Source of the DNA: Lama glama
Lineage: Eukaryota
DNA length: 64,000 nt
Direction: 5' to 3'
NCBI GenBank assembly: GCA_028534125.1
Contig: CM052816.1
Location: 67,334,001 to 67,398,000, forward strand
Under the pieces are notes generated by a model that did no database searches, was not told where the DNA came from, and worked only from the letters and a program-made list of their open reading frames with translations. This document shows positions 63,816-64,000 of the stretch, piece by piece. Both the position numbers and the translations under genes were made by a program. Position 1 is the first letter of the stretch; each line of letters opens with the position of its first letter.

Positions 63816-63914
63816 AGACACAATCTGACCACCACCAGCCCATCTTTACCTGAATGCTCTGCTACAAACGGGACATGGAAGGCCGCAGAGAACCTTCAAC
63901 AAACTCTCACACTG

Positions 63915-64000
63915 GAAACGTGGTCTGTGCTCCAGCAGCATCACACCACTTGGGATTTTGTAGGAAATGCAGAATCTCAGGCCCCAGGCAGAACCACAGC
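63915..64000. mobile_element. MER5B-like MITE (runs off the window end)
   Basis: gtggtc...ccagcagcatcacaccacttgggattttgtaggaaatgcagaatctcaggcccc. Confidence 0.7.

Overview
Repeat-rich mammalian genomic DNA, most likely camelid (alpaca/llama/camel). That call rests on four copies of a tRNA-derived SINE resembling camelid Vic-1 plus several young cetartiodactyl-type L1 3' ends. I found no supportable protein-coding gene or exon: the ORF-track entries are L1 ORF2 remnants, low-complexity sequence, N-gap read-through or chance ORFs, so the window looks intronic or intergenic. It is a layered record of transposons (L2, MIR, L1ME/MC/MB, MaLR, ERVL/ERV1 solo LTRs, hAT MITEs, young L1s and SINEs with clear target-site duplications, TSDs) with a 500-N scaffold gap at 38740-39239. 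Most notable: (1) a 120-bp 28S rRNA GTPase-centre fragment fused directly to a 5'-truncated L1 (17782-19185); (2) an alternative L1 3' UTR shared, junction included, by two independent insertions; (3) three L1 copies truncated within about 23 nt of each other; (4) a clean twin-priming L1 inversion; (5) motif-dense candidate enhancers. Repeat family names come from recalled consensus sequences, not a database search. Boundaries without TSDs are approximate.
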